From NCBI GenBank assembly GCA_963767005.1, contig CAVYCN010000006.1, positions 160,001-224,000 on the forward strand: a DNA stretch of 64,000 bases, written 5' to 3'. Under the pieces are notes generated by a model. That model made no database searches, was not told where the DNA came from, and saw only the letters and a list, made by a program, of their open reading frames with translations. This document shows, piece after piece, positions 62,565 through 64,000 of the stretch (within the stretch, counting starts at the first letter, position 1; each line of letters opens with the position of its first letter). A program made the translations under genes and the position numbers. The DNA is from an uncultured Actinomycetes bacterium. Lineage in GTDB: Bacteria; Actinomycetota; Thermoleophilia; UBA2241.

Positions 62565-63232
62565 GGCCGGGCGGGGCCGCCGGGACCTGGCCTCGCACCG
62601 CCGGCGAGGCGCGCGAGCAGCGCGCGCGCCGCGCGCGCCCGGTGGCTCTGAACGTTCTTGTCGGCCTCGCCCATCTCGGCCACGGTCTGTCGCAGGCCGT
62701 CGGGCACGAAGAGCGGGTCGTAGCCGAAGCCGGACGTGCCCCGGGCGGCCGCCGCGATCACGCCTGGCCACTCGCCGCGCACGACATCGGCGGCGGCCGC
62801 GTCCGGTGTGAGGTAGGCGATGACGCAGACGAAGCGCGCGCTGCGCTCGTGCTCGCCGGGCAGCGCGCGCAGCTCGGTGAGCAGGCGGGCGTTGTTGGCC
62901 ACGTCGTCGCCCTCGTGCCCGGCGTAGCGCGCCGAGATCACGCCGGGCGCGCCGCCCAGGGCGGCCACCTCGATGCCCGAGTCGTCGGCGACCACCACGG
63001 CCGCGTCACCCGCGGCCGCGCCGCCGGCCGGCGCGCCGCCCACGGGCGCTGCGCCTGCGCGGAGCGCCCGGGCGAGGCCTTCGGCCTTGGCCCGGGCGTT
63101 GGCCTCGAACGAGACCACACCCTCGGGTGGCAGCTCGATGCCGGCCGGCATCGGCCCGACGTCGTGGGGCGCGAGGATCGCGCGATACTCGGCGAGCTTG
63201 TGCGGGTTGCGGGTGGCCAGGACGAAGCGCAT
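62561..63232 (-). CDS. rdgB: Non-canonical purine NTP pyrophosphatase
   Basis: ATRNPHK, ADDSG, PGVISAR, GFGYDPLF, SHR. Confidence 0.93.
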   Translation of the reverse strand: MRFVLATRNPHKLAEYRAILAPHDVGPMPAGIELPPEGVVSFEANARAKAEGLARALRAGAAPVGGAPAGGAAAGDAAVVVADDSGIEVAALGGAPGVISARYAGHEGDDVANNARLLTELRALPGEHERSARFVCVIAYLTPDAAAADVVRGEWPGVIAAAARGTSGFGYDPLFVPDGLRQTVAEMGEADKNVQSHRARAARALLARLAGGARPGPGGPARP

Positions 63233-63996
63233 CAGGCGTCCCCACCCGCCGCGTCGTGCGACGGGCCGGCGCCGGCGCCGGCGATCGTCGCCTGCTGCAC
63301 CGTCGCGATGCGGGCCACGCCGGTGGCGGCCAGGTCGAGCAGCAGGTCGAGCGTGGCGCGCGGGAACGGTTCGCCCTCGGCCGTGGCCTGTACCTCGACG
63401 AGGCGGCCGTCGCCGGTCATCACCACGTTCATGTCGAGCGCCGCGGCCGAGTCCTCTTCGTAGTCGAGGTCGAGGCGCGGCTCGCCGTCGACCACGCCGA
63501 CCGAGACCGCGGCGAGCTCCTCGAACAGCGGCAGCCGTGCCCAGCGCGCCGTCGGCCGGAGTCGCTCGAGCGCCATGACGAGCGCGGCGTAGGCGCCCGA
63601 GATCGCGGCCGTGCGCGTGCCGCCGTCGGCCTGGATCACGTCGCAGTCGATGTAGATGGTGCGCTCGCCGAGCGACTCGAGATCGACCACGGCACGCAGG
63701 CTGCGGCCGATCAGCCGCTGGATCTCCATGGTGCGCCCGCCCTGCTTGCCGCGCACGGCTTCGCGCGGCATGCGGTCGGCGGTCGCGGCCGGCAGCATGC
63801 TGTACTCGGCCGTGAGCCAGCCGGCGCCGGTGCCGCGCCGCCAGGCCGGCACGCCGTCGACCGACTTGGCGGTGCACAGCACGTGGGTGTCGCCCAGGCG
63901 CACGAGCGCCGAGCCGTCGGCGAACTTCGCGACGTCGCGCTCCATGGACAGCGGTCGCAGCTCATCGGGGCGTCTGCCGAGTCTCACGCTGGTCAC
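63232..63996 (-). CDS. rph: Ribonuclease PH
   Basis: [44 protein letters not shown]. Confidence 0.96.
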   Translation of the reverse strand: MTSVRLGRRPDELRPLSMERDVAKFADGSALVRLGDTHVLCTAKSVDGVPAWRRGTGAGWLTAEYSMLPAATADRMPREAVRGKQGGRTMEIQRLIGRSLRAVVDLESLGERTIYIDCDVIQADGGTRTAAISGAYAALVMALERLRPTARWARLPLFEELAAVSVGVVDGEPRLDLDYEEDSAAALDMNVVMTGDGRLVEVQATAEGEPFPRATLDLLLDLAATGVARIATVQQATIAGAGAGPSHDAAGGDA

Positions 63997-64000
63997 CTCT

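Overview
High-GC bacterial chromosome segment, most consistent with an Actinomycetota lineage such as Thermoleophilia (GuaB3-type IMPDH, short HisG plus HisZ, several leaderless-type TAnnnT-N7/10-ATG starts). Taxonomy is inferred, not searched. Most of the window is housekeeping on the minus strand: atp operon (atpZ/I-B-E-F-H-A, with atpA running off the left edge), wecA-like, dCMP deaminase, rpiB, phzF-like, tsaC, hisZGD, dnaE, a large branched-chain amino acid and serine cluster (ilvD-B-N-C, class V aminotransferase-serA, leuA-C-D-B, ilvE, cimA), gdhA with a P-II gene, ltaE, dac, guaB3-guaA, pfkB, and rph-rdgB-CDF. Less ordinary elements: (1) an M-box (ykoK) riboswitch controlling a membrane-less MgtE cytosolic-domain protein plus an NRAMP-related transporter; (2) a HicAB-like gene pair with a palindromic operator over its -35 and an apparent ACG start codon; (3) an anaerobic 4-hydroxybutyrate operon (abfD, small CGGCNP protein, CoA-transferase, Fe-ADH); (4) candidate leader peptides/attenuators before leuA, the serine operon (in-frame UGA plus 18-bp hairpin) and guaB3; (5) a HisG lacking canonical catalytic motifs; (6) secreted Ig/IPT proteins, one with about five apparently identical 267-bp repeats. 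No tRNA, rRNA, CRISPR array or transposase was recognised.
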